DNA of 64,000 nucleotides from Octopus vulgaris (lineage: Eukaryota). The DNA is taken from NCBI GenBank assembly GCA_951406725.2, contig OX597828.1, positions 57,226,001-57,290,000 on the forward strand, in the 5' to 3' direction. Position 1 is the first letter of the stretch; each line of letters starts with the position of its first letter. The notes under the pieces were generated by a model. The model was not told the origin of the DNA and did no database searches. It was given only the letters and a program-made list of their open reading frames with translations. Shown here piece after piece: positions 14,447 to 28,269 of this stretch. The translations under genes and the position numbers were made by a program.

Positions 14447-15236
14447 TACAGTATATATTATATACTGTAAATTTTAAAGCAGAGGGTGCGTAAATGTACT
14501 AAAAAATGTAGTAGATTCTGACTATATTTTAAATATTCATTTATTTTTAGTCTGACAAATGAGTGGTTTGTATAAAAATTGCAGCACCATTGATTTTAAT
14601 CTGGACAACTTTGGCTCTTGAATAAATACATAGAACATAAATAAATACGTAGACTTACGTGTCAAAGTTCAGCGGTGGAATTGTTTGGAGTGTGTTGTAT
14701 AGATATGATACTGCGAAGATAATTCTTTCATTTCCAGCCACAATGTTGAACGTTTCAGGTAATAGACTTCAGAAACAACTCTGTTGTGACTCGATACTTG
14801 GAGAACGAACCCCAAAATTACTTTCTCGGTCTTGGATATGTCAAAATATATGAAAGTTAAACCTAGATTCTCGGTAAAGAAACTATGCTTCCGATGTATT
14901 TGGTGTCCTTTCAAGATGCACAGTATTTCGTGTCGTTGCTGAATAGATAACGGAGATGAAGTGCATAGTGTGGGGTGCACCTATGAAATCCAGGTATTTC
15001 TTGTTATTATGAATGTTTGGAGAAAACGTTGGACGGAACATATTTCCAAATCATTGTGATTTCTAGTTGATGGTTGAAGGGAGTGCTCCGCAACCGAGAC
15101 TGTATCTACTTTATATCCATTTGTCTCTGTGTATCGGTGTAGGTGGACGCGTGTGTACATACCTCTATCTATCTATATATTTCAATCTCCTTCTCTCTCT
15201 CTCTTTCTATCAATCTTACAGTCCCCCCTCTCTCTC

Positions 15237-15270
<34 letters not shown>

Positions 15271-15305
15271 TTCATATATATATATATATATATACGATCT
15301 ACTCT

Positions 15306-15342
<37 letters not shown>

Positions 15343-15834
15343 AGTATGTGTATGTATATGTATGTATATATATATATATATGTATATGTATGTATTTATA
15401 TGTATGTTTGTATGTATGTAAGTTAATATTTGTTTGCCTTAATACATAATATATACACATAGAACATGCTTCATTGGAGTAATTGATGTGAAAAGCGTTG
15501 TCTTTGTAAGATGATTTCTGAAAACTTAGTCTCAAATGACAATATGTTACAAACAAATTCGATAACAATGCAACACTCCTTGAAGAGAGGAGAGATGATT
15601 ATATACATTAGGAAAACTTAGCTTTTAGAACAGGCACTTAATTTGCCTGTATGTATTGAAAATTGTTATTAAACGGAACTGAATAAAATCATTCTAGTCG
15701 TAAAAGTGCGTATTTTTGCTAATAAATTTCTATCAGGTAATTGTGATATAAAATCAATGAAGGTATTATCAGGAGCATTACTCCAAACAAAGATATTATA
15801 ACAACACCGTAACTCAATGACTAATGTTCACCAA

Positions 15835-15945
15835 ATGTCGATTAATGAATAATAAACTTAATTAGTAAACTTAGCAGTAATTATTCGTATGTCGATTAAT
15901 GAATAATAAACTTAATTAGTAAACTTAGCAGTAATTATTCGTATG
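15835..15945. repeat. ~54-bp direct tandem duplication
   Basis: ATGTCGATTAATGAATAATAAACTTAATTAGTAAACTTAGCAGTAATTATTCGT occurs twice. Confidence 0.85.
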
Positions 15946-16051
15946 TGTTTACCCTGAATGCGTGATATATGATAGAATATGTACGATCTTTATGAACCAG
16001 CCTCTAAATGCTCGTCACTAAAAACACACATCAGTATTGTGTTATTGTTAT

Positions 16052-16519
16052 GGGATCTTTTCGGTTTGACCGGTAGTTTTTTTAAATAATTTCCACGTAA
16101 CTAAACACTTTTAAACTTCGTATACTGGTAGAATGTGTTTATAAAACATCTTTTCTCTCGGCTTTATTGAGAAAATCGTATAGTTTGTAAGATATTTGTT
16201 ATTTTTCTTCAATTTCTGCAATTTCAACCAACAAATGACGTCTATTGAGGTGAAAACATTCTGTGCCGCATGAATATGTCCCTCGTTTAAGAAACAGATT
16301 GGGTTTATTTACATTTCTGAAGAAAAAGAGATACCCTTACCCCCACCCATAACCCTAACCCTAACCCTAACTAACCCTAACTCTAACCCTAACCCTAAAA
16401 CAGATTGAAATGCAATAGATTGATACTAGGGTCATAATTGATACTAGGGTCATAATTATGGGTGACCATTTCATATGACACCGCTAGAAAAAAATGCCGT
16501 TCAAACCGAAAAGATCTTC
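16052..16519. mobile_element. Non-autonomous DNA transposon (MITE) with internal telomere-like (CCCTAA)n
   Basis: TIRs GATCTTTTCGGTTTGACCGG / CCGTTCAAACCGAAAAGATC. Possible GTTAT target duplication. (CCCTAA)n at about 16347-16397. Confidence 0.7.
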
Positions 16520-16991
16520 GTTATGAGAGCATTTAATTGCGAATATTTAATGCCACTAATGCGGCGAGCTGGTAGAATTGTTAGTATGTGAGGCAAAATG
16601 ATTAACGGCATTTCGTCCGTCCACACGTTCCGAGTTCAAAATTCTGCCGAGATCGACTTTGTCTTTCATCCTTCGGGGTCTTTAAAATAAGTACCGGTTG
16701 AAAAGTTAGCCAATTTCTCGTATTCCTGAATGTGCGCCTAAATTTGAACCCAATATTGAATACCACTTAGCTGTACGTAGGCAACATTACAGATGCACTC
16801 TTAAAATTCTCAAAACCGCCGTAACAGCAGCAATATATACGAAGCCATATATGCACATCATCACTACCTGTCTGATGAGTATACCAGGAACATGCATCAC
16901 AAACTTTTGTGCACGATATGGTGATCTCATATCAATATAAACAGCGCGTGACATCGCGCTGTTAATATTATTATTATTATAATCATCATCA

Positions 16992-17028
<37 letters not shown>

Positions 17029-17216
17029 CATTAAACGCATATACTTAACGTATATACTTCGTGCATTTTCCAGTGGTTACAAAAGTATGGCAGAATACAT
17101 ACACTGTTAAAACACCTTAGTATCATGTACGGGCAAGATAACTCACTGTCAGTCACATTCGGGAGTAATGGAAATCGATGTTTCGCCATTTATTATTTTA
17201 TTAGTATAAATTTATT

Positions 17217-17980
17217 GCTAGCCGGTCCCGTAAATATTTCACGGAATCAATGGTATAATTATTCCGTTATTACTGAAAACTTTACCCCAAAAATCTGAAC
17301 GCGTAGACTGTGTGGTATCTGTATGGAAATTTATTCGCTCATCTGCCACTCATTGAAAAGTGAAAGAGATTGGAATACGATGATTACTCAATGCACTTTA
17401 TGTATACACCTCATATACTTTATGCACAATTGTGTATTAAGAATTAATATTCACTCTTACTTTTCCAATTTTCCCATAAGCAAAAAAAGTTACATATGAT
17501 ACAACCTTTAGTTAAATTGCATATATCTACCAAGTAAAGAAGCGTGAATATTTCAGGGAATTGTGCATATGTGCCTGCGTTAAGTGATAGGTGATATAAA
17601 AAAAACCTTAGTTCAATTTTTTTTAAATATAATTTTCACTATCCAGTCACTACTACCACCACCTCCATCACCTCCATCACCACCACTACCATCATCATCT
17701 CTCTCCCTCCTTTCTCTTACCTCTCACCCCCCCTCTGTCGCTCTCCGTCCTCTCTTCTCACTACGTTTCTTGAACTTCACCATCAGTGCATCACGTTTCT
17801 GCTGAAATTATATTTTTATCTCTCTTCCTCGAAGTAATATTACACCCCCCACATCCCACGCCCAGGATGCCTCCCTCTCCCTCTATTCTTTCTCCCTCGT
17901 TTTCAGTAATCATATCACCGACGGGCTAAGTAACTCAGTGACAAGCAGAACAGCTATTTCTTCATGTTATATATATATAT
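17217..17980 (+). mobile_element. Possible non-autonomous Helentron/DINE-like element
   Basis: Starts CTAGCCGGTCCCGT...ACGG with a short inverted repeat, has an internal low-complexity tract, and ends in ACGGG...TTATATATA. Pattern recognition only. Confidence 0.25.
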
Positions 17981-20900
17981 ATATCCAACAATTTTTTCAC
18001 TTAAATATATTTATTTATATTATCTAGAGGGTATTACTATACATAAATGCCACACGCTAGGACGGATTCTTAAAGTCAAAACTACCAGAATAAATAAACA
18101 CATTGTACCGAATGTAACTCTTGAAACAAGTCATTTGAAAACAGAATTTAGCTGCATATCACCGTGATTTATAATTTATTTTTGCCAAAGTTCACAGGGA
18201 ATTTTCAGTTTGAAAATAGAATTTACAACAAGCTTCAATTATTTCCCAAGGATTCAATTTGGAGTTAAGATAGTGATTACGGCAGGATCATATATCATTT
18301 CAGTCTTAACGTCTCAAGATTAAAAAATGGTTCAACTTACCTTACCCTCACCTACAATTAAAATAAAATCATTAGCGCCTTAAACGTCTTACTACATGGT
18401 GTTAATTTTTTAAAACAATGCAGTTGGGCTTATGAAGGAACCTGCAAAAAGATGCCTTCTTTTCTCACATAATCTATAGTTTCACAGTTATAAACACTAA
18501 CATGATATATAATTTAAAATATTCTCGCAGACCAACACCAGTGTTCTTGCTGATATTCTGCAGTATAAGAAACAACATCCTCCTTCAATACACAGGTCTT
18601 AGGGCCACATTCGAACTTTTTACACAACCATTAGAACGTGAAGCGGCCTCACTAACGCAGGTTTCTGAGATTGCTGTGATCTGTAAACAGTTTTGAGTAG
18701 GAACCGGAAAGAGAAGTACAAGCACGCAATACATATGTGCACACTGAATTCGTAAAAAGGAAGGGAAGAATTAAAACGGAATATCAAACAATAATATGAT
18801 GGGGTGTATGCTATGTCTGACACCACTATCACGAAGCTTTGCTGTAAATTTCTCGCCATTTCTGTGTTAAATCATTGAGTATCACATCTTCAATTTTCCT
18901 AACAAAATTTTGCTACTACGCCAACAAATTCTTTCTACCTTCTTGTAACCATCTCCAAGGAGATTAAATTCCTACCACCTGCATTTATTCAATCAACACA
19001 TCAGCCGATTATTTGACTCTTCTTTCCTACTTTGAAAAATTCCAACATATATTCGATAACTTATATATCCAACAAATACTTTATTTACGTAGAGTTTGAA
19101 TAAACACAATTCAGCTAAACTTTGAAGCAAAAGTTAACAAACTTATAATCAATTATTCACTCCAGGCATGCTCTTTGAGCTATCGCTTTTGAAAATATTT
19201 CTATATTGACACATACACATATGTATATGTGTATCTGTCTAGATATATATCAAACGGAAATAGAAGGAACATAGAAACAGCACTGGAAGTTTTTTTTCTA
19301 ATTTCAAAGCGTATTACCATTTAATGTTTGTGCATATATTGAAAATATAATGTATGGCAAATAATCATATATGTACTGGTTTCAAGTCAGATTACGCATT
19401 TTAAGGATAACTGAATATCTTTTATAAACTTTCTTTAAGTGTCGTTTGCATAAAGTCAAATGTAATATCGAATAAAATTAAATAAAATTATTTACCTATT
19501 ATTTCTGTAATATATATTGAATATTCATGACCTGGCCACTAAATGTTATTTTCTAAATCCATCATAGCTTGCCATAAATTACAAAAAATAAATAATGAAA
19601 TAAATATGAAAGAAGAGAAAATAAAACTATTCACCTATTTTTCCCTATTATAATCTCCATGTGTATGTCCATAAGTCAGAATCTTGACAACTGAGATGTG
19701 TTAAACAATCGTAAGCCTATTTCAATTAAAACGAAAGCCTGTTCTTTTGATTAAGATTTACTTACAATAATGAAAGTAAAATTTGTTAACACATTAATAA
19801 TTTCATGTTAGTCCTACTTGCCTACAATTGTAGGGTGAAACATGTACTGGATCTTTTCTGTTTCAATTTTTAGTTTCTTCAATTTCTGTTCCAATTGAAT
19901 TTATATTTGGTTTAATGATGTAGTTTTATATGCTAATCATTGACATAAATTCATTTTCGTCATATATCAATAAACAAGGAGTGAATAGCTTTTCAAGTCT
20001 GCAAATTTTGTGTAATATTGGCCAGTTGTAAGCCACAAACACATTGATGACTATTTCCATATTAAGAAGCCAATCATGAGAACTGTTGAGAAGCGTTGAC
20101 AAATATGTTCTACTCATTTAGGTGGTCGTGAGATGTGATAAAAATAACAGCTAAGTAAGCCTTAAATCACGCATCATCAATGTTTTTGTTTTGGTTCTTG
20201 CATAATCATATGAATTCCTGCGTATACAATACAAATTTACAAAAGTTTTCTGAAAATTCAAAACAATAAGTTCCGAAGGTTTATAGGGCGCTACGTAAAG
20301 CAGAACTCTGCTGTTATTTCACCTGCAATCACGCATAAAATGGTAGCTTCCAAATGTTGTTTTCTGACTGGGTAAAACTTATCAAACTTTAAAGCTCTAT
20401 AATTTTTTAAATCATTTTCTGGAAAAGTGAAATATCGCTAAAGGTTCAGCGTAGAATCAGTAAACCAAATTCCAAAATGCTCAGTAAAGTCTGAAATTTC
20501 CACAGGCGTAGCCAAACGGAAAACATCCCATATCCTGAACTTACAAACGGCTGCATACCGTACAATTTCTTCTATGAACACGTTACAAACATTACAGGGG
20601 AAAAGTAGTGATGAGCTCTCCAGTTTCGGCTCTTACCTATGCATCAAGTACTCTACATAAGTACTGTACATAAATTTGAACTTGACATGTGCTGATACAT
20701 GGACTGTCCTGTTTTTTGAAAGATGGCAAGCAACGAATCTAAAATGACACTGAAAGTCCGACATCTGATTTAGTCTCTTGCTGCGATACTCTGGATATTG
20801 TGTGTGAAAATATAATGTGAATAAAAGCAAAAAGATTCCAAATCAAAATAGGAATTGATAGTAAACAAGCTCACTTCGTTTAATCTAGCCACAGGCATGT

Positions 20901-21907
20901 AAATCCAAACGGTTTTAGTTTTTACATAATTCTGTTATTTTTACGTCTGCAGCAGGAACTTATAGCAGTACACATCATCTGAAATCACAAATAAATTTGA
21001 ACAGAGATAACTAGAAATTGGTAGCCATTGATCAATTTCAAAACAGAAGCAATGATAGGTACTAAATCATTATCATTAGAAATTTATATACATGGAACCT
21101 GAAAAAAAAAAAGAACAAATTGTTTGGCTGATGATGAAAGAAAATACAGAAAAAAAAAGAAAGAACAAAGATTAGATTTAATGGACAACAAATATTTGAA
21201 TAAGTCATGTCCTAAAGTCATGAATAAGTCATGTCCTAAATAACAGTTTTTATCTTTGGTGTGAGTAAAACATAGTTTTATACTTAAAATGTAAATTAAA
21301 AATCAGAATTTTGGAAACCAAACAGTTTAAACTTTTTTTCCAAAACATGATGATCAGCGTTTCTAAACATTTCAAAGTCGAAGCGAAGAATGAACGTAAG
21401 AGAGTGACAAAATATGTAAGTGCGTGTTTCTGTGTGTGTACACGGGTGCGTGTATCAGTGTGTATGTGTGTGAATGTCTGTTTGTATGCCTGTTGTAATC
21501 GCAAGTACAAAAACCTGGAATTGACGGGTAATCGTCGCCAAACATTTTCCGACTATCTATTCATCTACCCGTCTATCTATCAAACTGGTACGTGCATAGA
21601 AGCACTGAACACTTTTCAGAAAACCCTCGGGTTTGTTATTTTTGCTTTTCGTCTGTATTTTTGTTTCATCAACGGATTTAAAGCTTGCGTTATATTTTTG
21701 AGCAACGCACTTCATTTCCCGTTGCTCTGCAACCATTCGACATCTGACATGTAGCACCTACATGAACCTGTACAGGTAATGTCGATTTGATGGAGGGAGT
21801 GAGCTTATGCCTAGACAAACATTTCCTCACTATAAACAAATCCTCTGTGTCGTTGCTCGGTAAGAAATTGTCGGACCCTCATAAGTCGTCTAACGACGGG
21901 AAGGCAC

Positions 21908-21945
<38 letters not shown>

Positions 21946-22037
21946 CATTATTATTATTATTATTATACATATGCATACGTATATATACATGTGTATATAT
22001 ATATATGCATATGTACATGTATGTATATATATATACA

Positions 22038-22087
<50 letters not shown>

Positions 22088-22804
22088 ATGTATATGTATA
22101 TACAGTATATATGTATATATATTTTATATATTAATCAATCGATCAGTAACTCGTAAAATAGCTAGATAAACCGATTGACAGACGAATAGATACATAGATA
22201 GTGAAATGGATAAAAAGAGAGTGAAACAGAAATATTCTAATCGGTATATCGGCAGATTGGCATTAATTGAAGTATTCATAGGTACCAAAATAGATAACAA
22301 TAAAGACAGATCGACAGATAGACAAATATATAGACTGAGGAACAAGTGGTTAGAGGAACTTTAAGAGAAAGGTCGATGGATATAGATGGAAAAGGAATAT
22401 GAATATCGAATATTAACGTAAAATGAAAGCTGTAAGTATTGACAGATTCGGAAATACGAAATAACTGTATCAAATTGTAAATCCAATCAGGGAAATGGAG
22501 TTAAATTAAGCAAAATACCCCGCTAGTAATTACTACCAAAGCGCGGACGAAAATGGAAATATGTTGTAGTAGACCACGGAGATATCAGAAAGCTTTAAAT
22601 AGCCGAAGAACACCTCATTAAATTTAACAAATGCTCATCTTGAAACGCCGGAACGAACCGGACCGATAAAAATAATTATATCTCCACATGCTAGAAGTAT
22701 TTGAAATCCATAAGTTCTGAGTTGGGGATTTCTTAAGTTATTAATAGGGGAAAAGACGTGAGAGGATCCGTTTAGTATTAGTAGGCAATGACGTTTGAAC
22801 ACTA

Positions 22805-22843
<39 letters not shown>

Positions 22844-22876
22844 ATATACAAGAGCTATTATATGTGTGTGTGTGTG

Positions 22877-22916
<40 letters not shown>

Positions 22917-23693
22917 TGTGTGTGTGTGTGTGAGTGTGTGTGTATAGGTGCAGGAGTGGCTGTGTTGTAGTATAGGCGCAGGAGTCGCTCTGTGGTAAGT
23001 AGCTTGCGTACCAACTATATGGTTCCGGGTTCAGTCTCGGACACACCGAAGCCTTGTGAGTGGATTTGGTAGGCGGCAACTGAAAAAAGCCTGTCGTATA
23101 TATATATATAAGTATGGGTGTGTGTTTGTGTGTCTGTGTTTGTCACACCAACATCGCTCGGCAACAGATGCTGGTGTGTTTACGCCCCCGTAACTTGGCG
23201 GTTTGGCAAAAGAGACCGATAGAATAAGTACTAGGCTTACAAAGAATAAGCCTTGGGGTCGATTTGCTCGACTAAAGGCGGTGCTCCAGCATGGCCGCAG
23301 TCAAATGACTGAAACAAGTAAAAGAATAAAAGTATATATATATACACACGGGCTGAAAACACTAAGTACTAGTGTAATAATACAAACTTGTTATCGGTTA
23401 GAATATATTTGAGGCGTATTCGATCCTGCACAAAATCAATTCAATATATTTTGACATGGAGAAAATTTACGCTGTAAACATTTAGGTATATCATATGAAG
23501 TCAGTTCGCACCTGTCTCCTCACCAGGCTGCTTGGATTTTAGAGTGGTTGCCATCTCCTTAGCACCAGGAACGAGAAAGGCAGGTCTTTCGTCACGTATC
23601 TTATCTATCCCCAGCCGCAGACAATCATTATAGGATGGATGGAATATAAGAGTTCTCAATGTCTCCATCTTTCTCTTTTTCTCTTCCCCACTA

Positions 23694-23739
<46 letters not shown>

Positions 23740-24052
23740 GCCAGTTCACACCTAAAGTAATAGATGCACGTAAATATATGGAACCTATACACATTCAGCC
23801 GATTCCTTCAGGATGGGCATCACTCCCATCACATGCAGTTTTCTTTCAATGTCCAGATAACATCATATACCCTTTTAACAGATAACTAACATTCACTCAC
23901 TTGTCACTCACAGATATTGATATACAGATACACAGCCATATGCACTAAGGGACGTAGTTGAAAGGATTAAAGCAACTGTGTGCCGACCAGTGGACCATTC
24001 CTTTGTCTTGAGAACATAGAAACGGAGAAAACACGTAGATGTATATGTGTGT

Positions 24053-24098
<46 letters not shown>

Positions 24099-24167
24099 AG
24101 ACAGAGAGAGAGAGTTACATCCATATATACATATATATATATATATACGCGCACCAATATACATATA

Positions 24168-24234
<67 letters not shown>

Positions 24235-25145
24235 AATATATACATATATGTATCTATGTATGTATGCATGTATGTATCAACATTTATACACAATATATAT
24301 ATCTTTGTATGTATGTATGCATGTATATGTATCAATATTTATACGCACTATATATACATATATATATATATATATATGCGTATCATAAATGTCGATGGGA
24401 GTGTATGATATAATTAAAGCTGTTCTTTACATATGACTTTCACAAAACATAACATTAGGAAATCAGTTGTTGGCAAACACTTGATGCTTATGTGCAAATT
24501 ATCCTTTATATCTGAAAAGCACGATAGATATATTATCAGAATTCATCTTTGAAAGCACTGCGATACTTTGATGTTATTGATTGAAAATTACGTTGCAAAA
24601 CAAAAAAATATACAAATAATCCTTTTAACACTAATGTACGGTATTGTTGTTTAGGAAGGAGTAATACCAGTTGACTGTAAGAAACGGATAACGATTTTAA
24701 CCTCAAGCGATATTTCGAAAAGAAATAAATCAACTACTTACCAGCGTACTTAATGTCCATCCTGCGTAAATTGATAAATAATTGACTTACTGTGAATACA
24801 TTATTATATGTATTTATGGTCGAGTGCGTGGCACACAATCTGATTACAATGGAAATATCGGAACAACCGAAAAGTTATTCATTTAAACTGGTACCAATAT
24901 CTATCTTTGACTCTGGACACCTCTATGTCTCAGTCGCCTAATCATTGGCCACACAGCATTATACAGTATAAGTCGCTTCTCTAAGCTGCACTATTGTAAT
25001 AATTTTGTTTTTTACTACTTTAATGCCATGAATTCCCACCTAGGGTTTATGGCTAGACTTTTAAAAGGTTTTAACAAGTCTATACATACATATTATATGT
25101 GTGTGTGTATGTTTGTGTGGGTATGTATAAATATTTGTGTAACTA

Positions 25146-25350
25146 CATGTGAATCGTTGGGGATTTTTTTCCTCCGTCTTCTTTTTCAGTTGGACTTTCC
25201 CCTGTCTCCTGTTTCCGATGAAGAGCTTTGCTCGAAACGTAAAACCACTTTTCTTTCTTTCCCTGAACGTCTGCCAATATTTTACATGTACCACGTCCTC
25301 ACGTTATTTTTCTGTGTGTTTGTTCTTGGTTTTTTATTAATTTTATTAAT
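25146..25350 (+). mobile_element. Second copy of the short hammerhead-like element
   Basis: 25211-25245 reads GTTT CCGATGA A GAGC-TTT-GCTC GAAA CGTA AAAC. Flanks are homologous to the reverse complement of 2937-3152. Confidence 0.55.
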
Positions 25351-26189
25351 TGACACACTATTTATTATCTTATAACAACAATGCTTGGGAAAATCGTGGA
25401 TTACATGGGAAAATGCGAGCATGAAATGTAATATTCTTAAGATGATAAACCTGGAAAATAAACACGTTATTACACCTGGAAAAATATAGGAGAAGCTATT
25501 ACTAATAGTTAAGAATAAGAAACTCTTTACTTAAATATTGCAGCTAAAATTAAAATTTGAATATTAAAACTTATTTTATTATAGTTAACAAATACAACAA
25601 TACTTATTTAAGTAGAACTTGGCTAATTTACTTCCTTAAATACAGAAAATGAGTGGCTAATTAGACAAACTTACAAATTAGCTGAACAGTTTTGTACAAT
25701 AAATTTAAAGGATGAGAACTGTAAAGAGTGATAAATTAGAATTTATCAATTTAATTGCAAAGGTACCATCAGCTGCATAAATAAATATACTTTTATTCAG
25801 TTGGACACATTAATATAATTTTTCTTAAAAAATTTAACCGAGCAAGAAGATGGAAGAAACTTATGTTGAGGCTATTGAAGCGAAGAATAGACTACACTTC
25901 CAAGAAACGCATGAAGCCCACTGGAGTCATATCTCCTAAAGGATTGTGGTTCATTTCTTATTTGTCTTCTTATCAACTACTAAATCTAAGACTAGAAGAC
26001 TGTGTCTGTTTGGAATAAAGGGCAAGAGTGAGCTCATGGCTAGGTACGGTCATAAATATTGTCAAGACGTTAGTAGTAGTAAATTGGGTATCTATAAAAG
26101 GAGGCTGGGTGGGAAAGACGCTAAATTATGATGTTAATTACTAGTTAAAGGGATAAGACTCTTAAAAAATCACGATGTTAAATACAGAG

Positions 26190-27370
26190 GAAAATTTGTT
26201 CTCCTACGCTCCGTGCTGTCTCCCCTACGTTCATCGTTGTCTTGTTTCTGCAACGTCCCTCAGTACATCTTATACCATCGACTACATTCCTAGCTTTACA
26301 GTTTGTTCGTACGATAGATCTACATACAATATACTTCGTATCAGTACAGGGGATTCTCTTAAATGGGTAGGTTCCAGCGATTAGTGATCTGATAGAGTTA
26401 CCTGTTCTTTCTACAGCCTTAATTCTTAGCTTAGTCTTTCTAGGACCCTTCTAAAGCGGTACGCCAGTTCGCCTCTAGGGGTGGTGTCGATGAACATGGC
26501 ACTCTGGTATATCTGACTGTCATAACATGAGTTGGCCTTCCCTATTTTCTTCTTAGTCTTTTCAATGGTATTCCACGACTTGCTCCTATAAAATGGGCAA
26601 ATCCAATTCTTATCGTTACGTATGATAGTTTCAAATTTCCTCATGAATCTATGGCTGTATCCTGAGAACTGCATGCGGTGAACGAAGTGTTGTGTGTCTC
26701 TCTGTAGGACCGAAAATACAGGACACATTTCTCATTACCCTGATGAGGTATGCCATCAATTTATTGTATTTGTCATTGTCTGCGATAGCTGAGTTCCGGT
26801 GGATTAGGTATTTGGAGGCCATAGGTTTCACATAGTGCGAATGGAGGATTTGGTTTTTATCATTCACCGTTTCCAGCCAGAGTTCTGTATCATGTACAGT
26901 AGTCTATGGTTAGGGTGATTCGTAGGGTAGTCTATCGTGACCTTAATACTGTGGTGGATAGAGTTAACTATTTGCTGGATGCTCTCCATAGTATTAGTTT
27001 ATGTTTCTATTTCAAGAGTTCTGTGTTAAGAGGGTGCCTTTACCACTATGTTGATAACATCAACATAGCGAGAGTACATGTTCATGAGTATGGAGTTCTG
27101 TGTCAGGCGTTCTTTAAGCGTTCAGTCCCATCATCACCGACGATGCTTCCCCCTATCGCTGCCCCCTCATCCTGGGCGTATATTTTGTTGTTAAACTTAA
27201 ACGTGTGGCCTTTTAGGGTAACTCTTATAGTAGCTACTAGTGCTTGTGTGATCATTTTCTTTACTTGATATTGGTTTTCGGGGATCCATATGACTCTGAA
27301 CTATCCGAGCCATCTTTCTATATATGGGTCCTCCTAGCAATAGATGTAATTGTAGGAGGTCTACCTCTTA
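26190..27370 (-). mobile_element. Degenerate Penelope-like retroelement (RT plus GIY-YIG endonuclease)
   Basis: IYAQDEGAAIGG (RT), HYVKPMASKYLIHRNSA, HRMQFSGY, FIDTTPRGELA, then a Cys-rich linker and NCKARNVVDGIRC...NVGETARS (GIY-YIG-like). Confidence 0.85.
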
Positions 27371-28158
27371 AACTTTCACTGGGTCAGAAGAGGAAGTTCA
27401 GAGTCGAGATGTAAATGTTGTCTTGTAGCAAGTTTGTTGAAAGGTGGATGAATGTTGGAAGAATGGCCAGTGTGAAAGGACCAATTCTGAGCGTGCACCA
27501 GTAAACCTAAAGTCCAACCCCTCCTCAAAGCGTTAGGGTGGTGTAAACGGGCAGTGTCAGAGCTATGCCGTCGGGATCTTCGGTTCCTTGTAGGGCGACC
27601 CAAGGCGGATTGGTCGGGCACCGAGCGGTATTAAGGCCGCAGTCTGGCCAACAGGGCTCTGGTGAAAATTCCAAGAGGCATATGATCGGCAACCGGCGGC
27701 TTGGAGGTCGTTCTGTCCCTGCGTCTGTGGAGACTCCGTGGCAAACAGGGCGTGCAGTCACTCAGGATATGCATGCAGGATGTCGGGGACCGCTTGTGAA
27801 TTCAATATTCCCACGAAACTTCTATGAATCCTACTTCAGGACCAGAGAATAAGCTGGCTCAACCCGCCCTGGGTGAATGCCGTCACAAGTACAAGTAAAA
27901 GTAAGTTCACCTGTAAACAAAATGAGAAGGGCTCTTGCCTTGTTGTTCAGGCACCCGTGGCTTCTGTGGGGTTTTCCACGAGCTCCTTAAAACGCCTCCC
28001 CTATCGGGGGCCTAAAATTGTTTAATTTTTTAATTGTTAATTATATTGTTTAAAGGTTATTAACCCATTGTGTCGTCCTGTTTTGTTGTTTATGATGTTG
28101 TTTGTTTTGTAATGTAATTTTATGTGAGGCCTTGCAGCTAATTAAAGAACTTGTAATT

Positions 28159-28253
<95 letters not shown>

Positions 28254-28269
28254 CATTATTATTTTCTTA

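Noticed and set aside
16347-16397. (CCCTAA)n as a true telomere or chromosome fusion scar
   Set aside because: Short, degenerate and enclosed by MITE TIRs.
16870-16905. CTGATGA followed by ATGCAT as a possible hammerhead
   Set aside because: No proper stem II and no GAAA.
27376-28010. GC-richer island with several short ORFs
   Set aside because: No recognisable protein or RNA motif; it sits between retroelements and is probably an element UTR.
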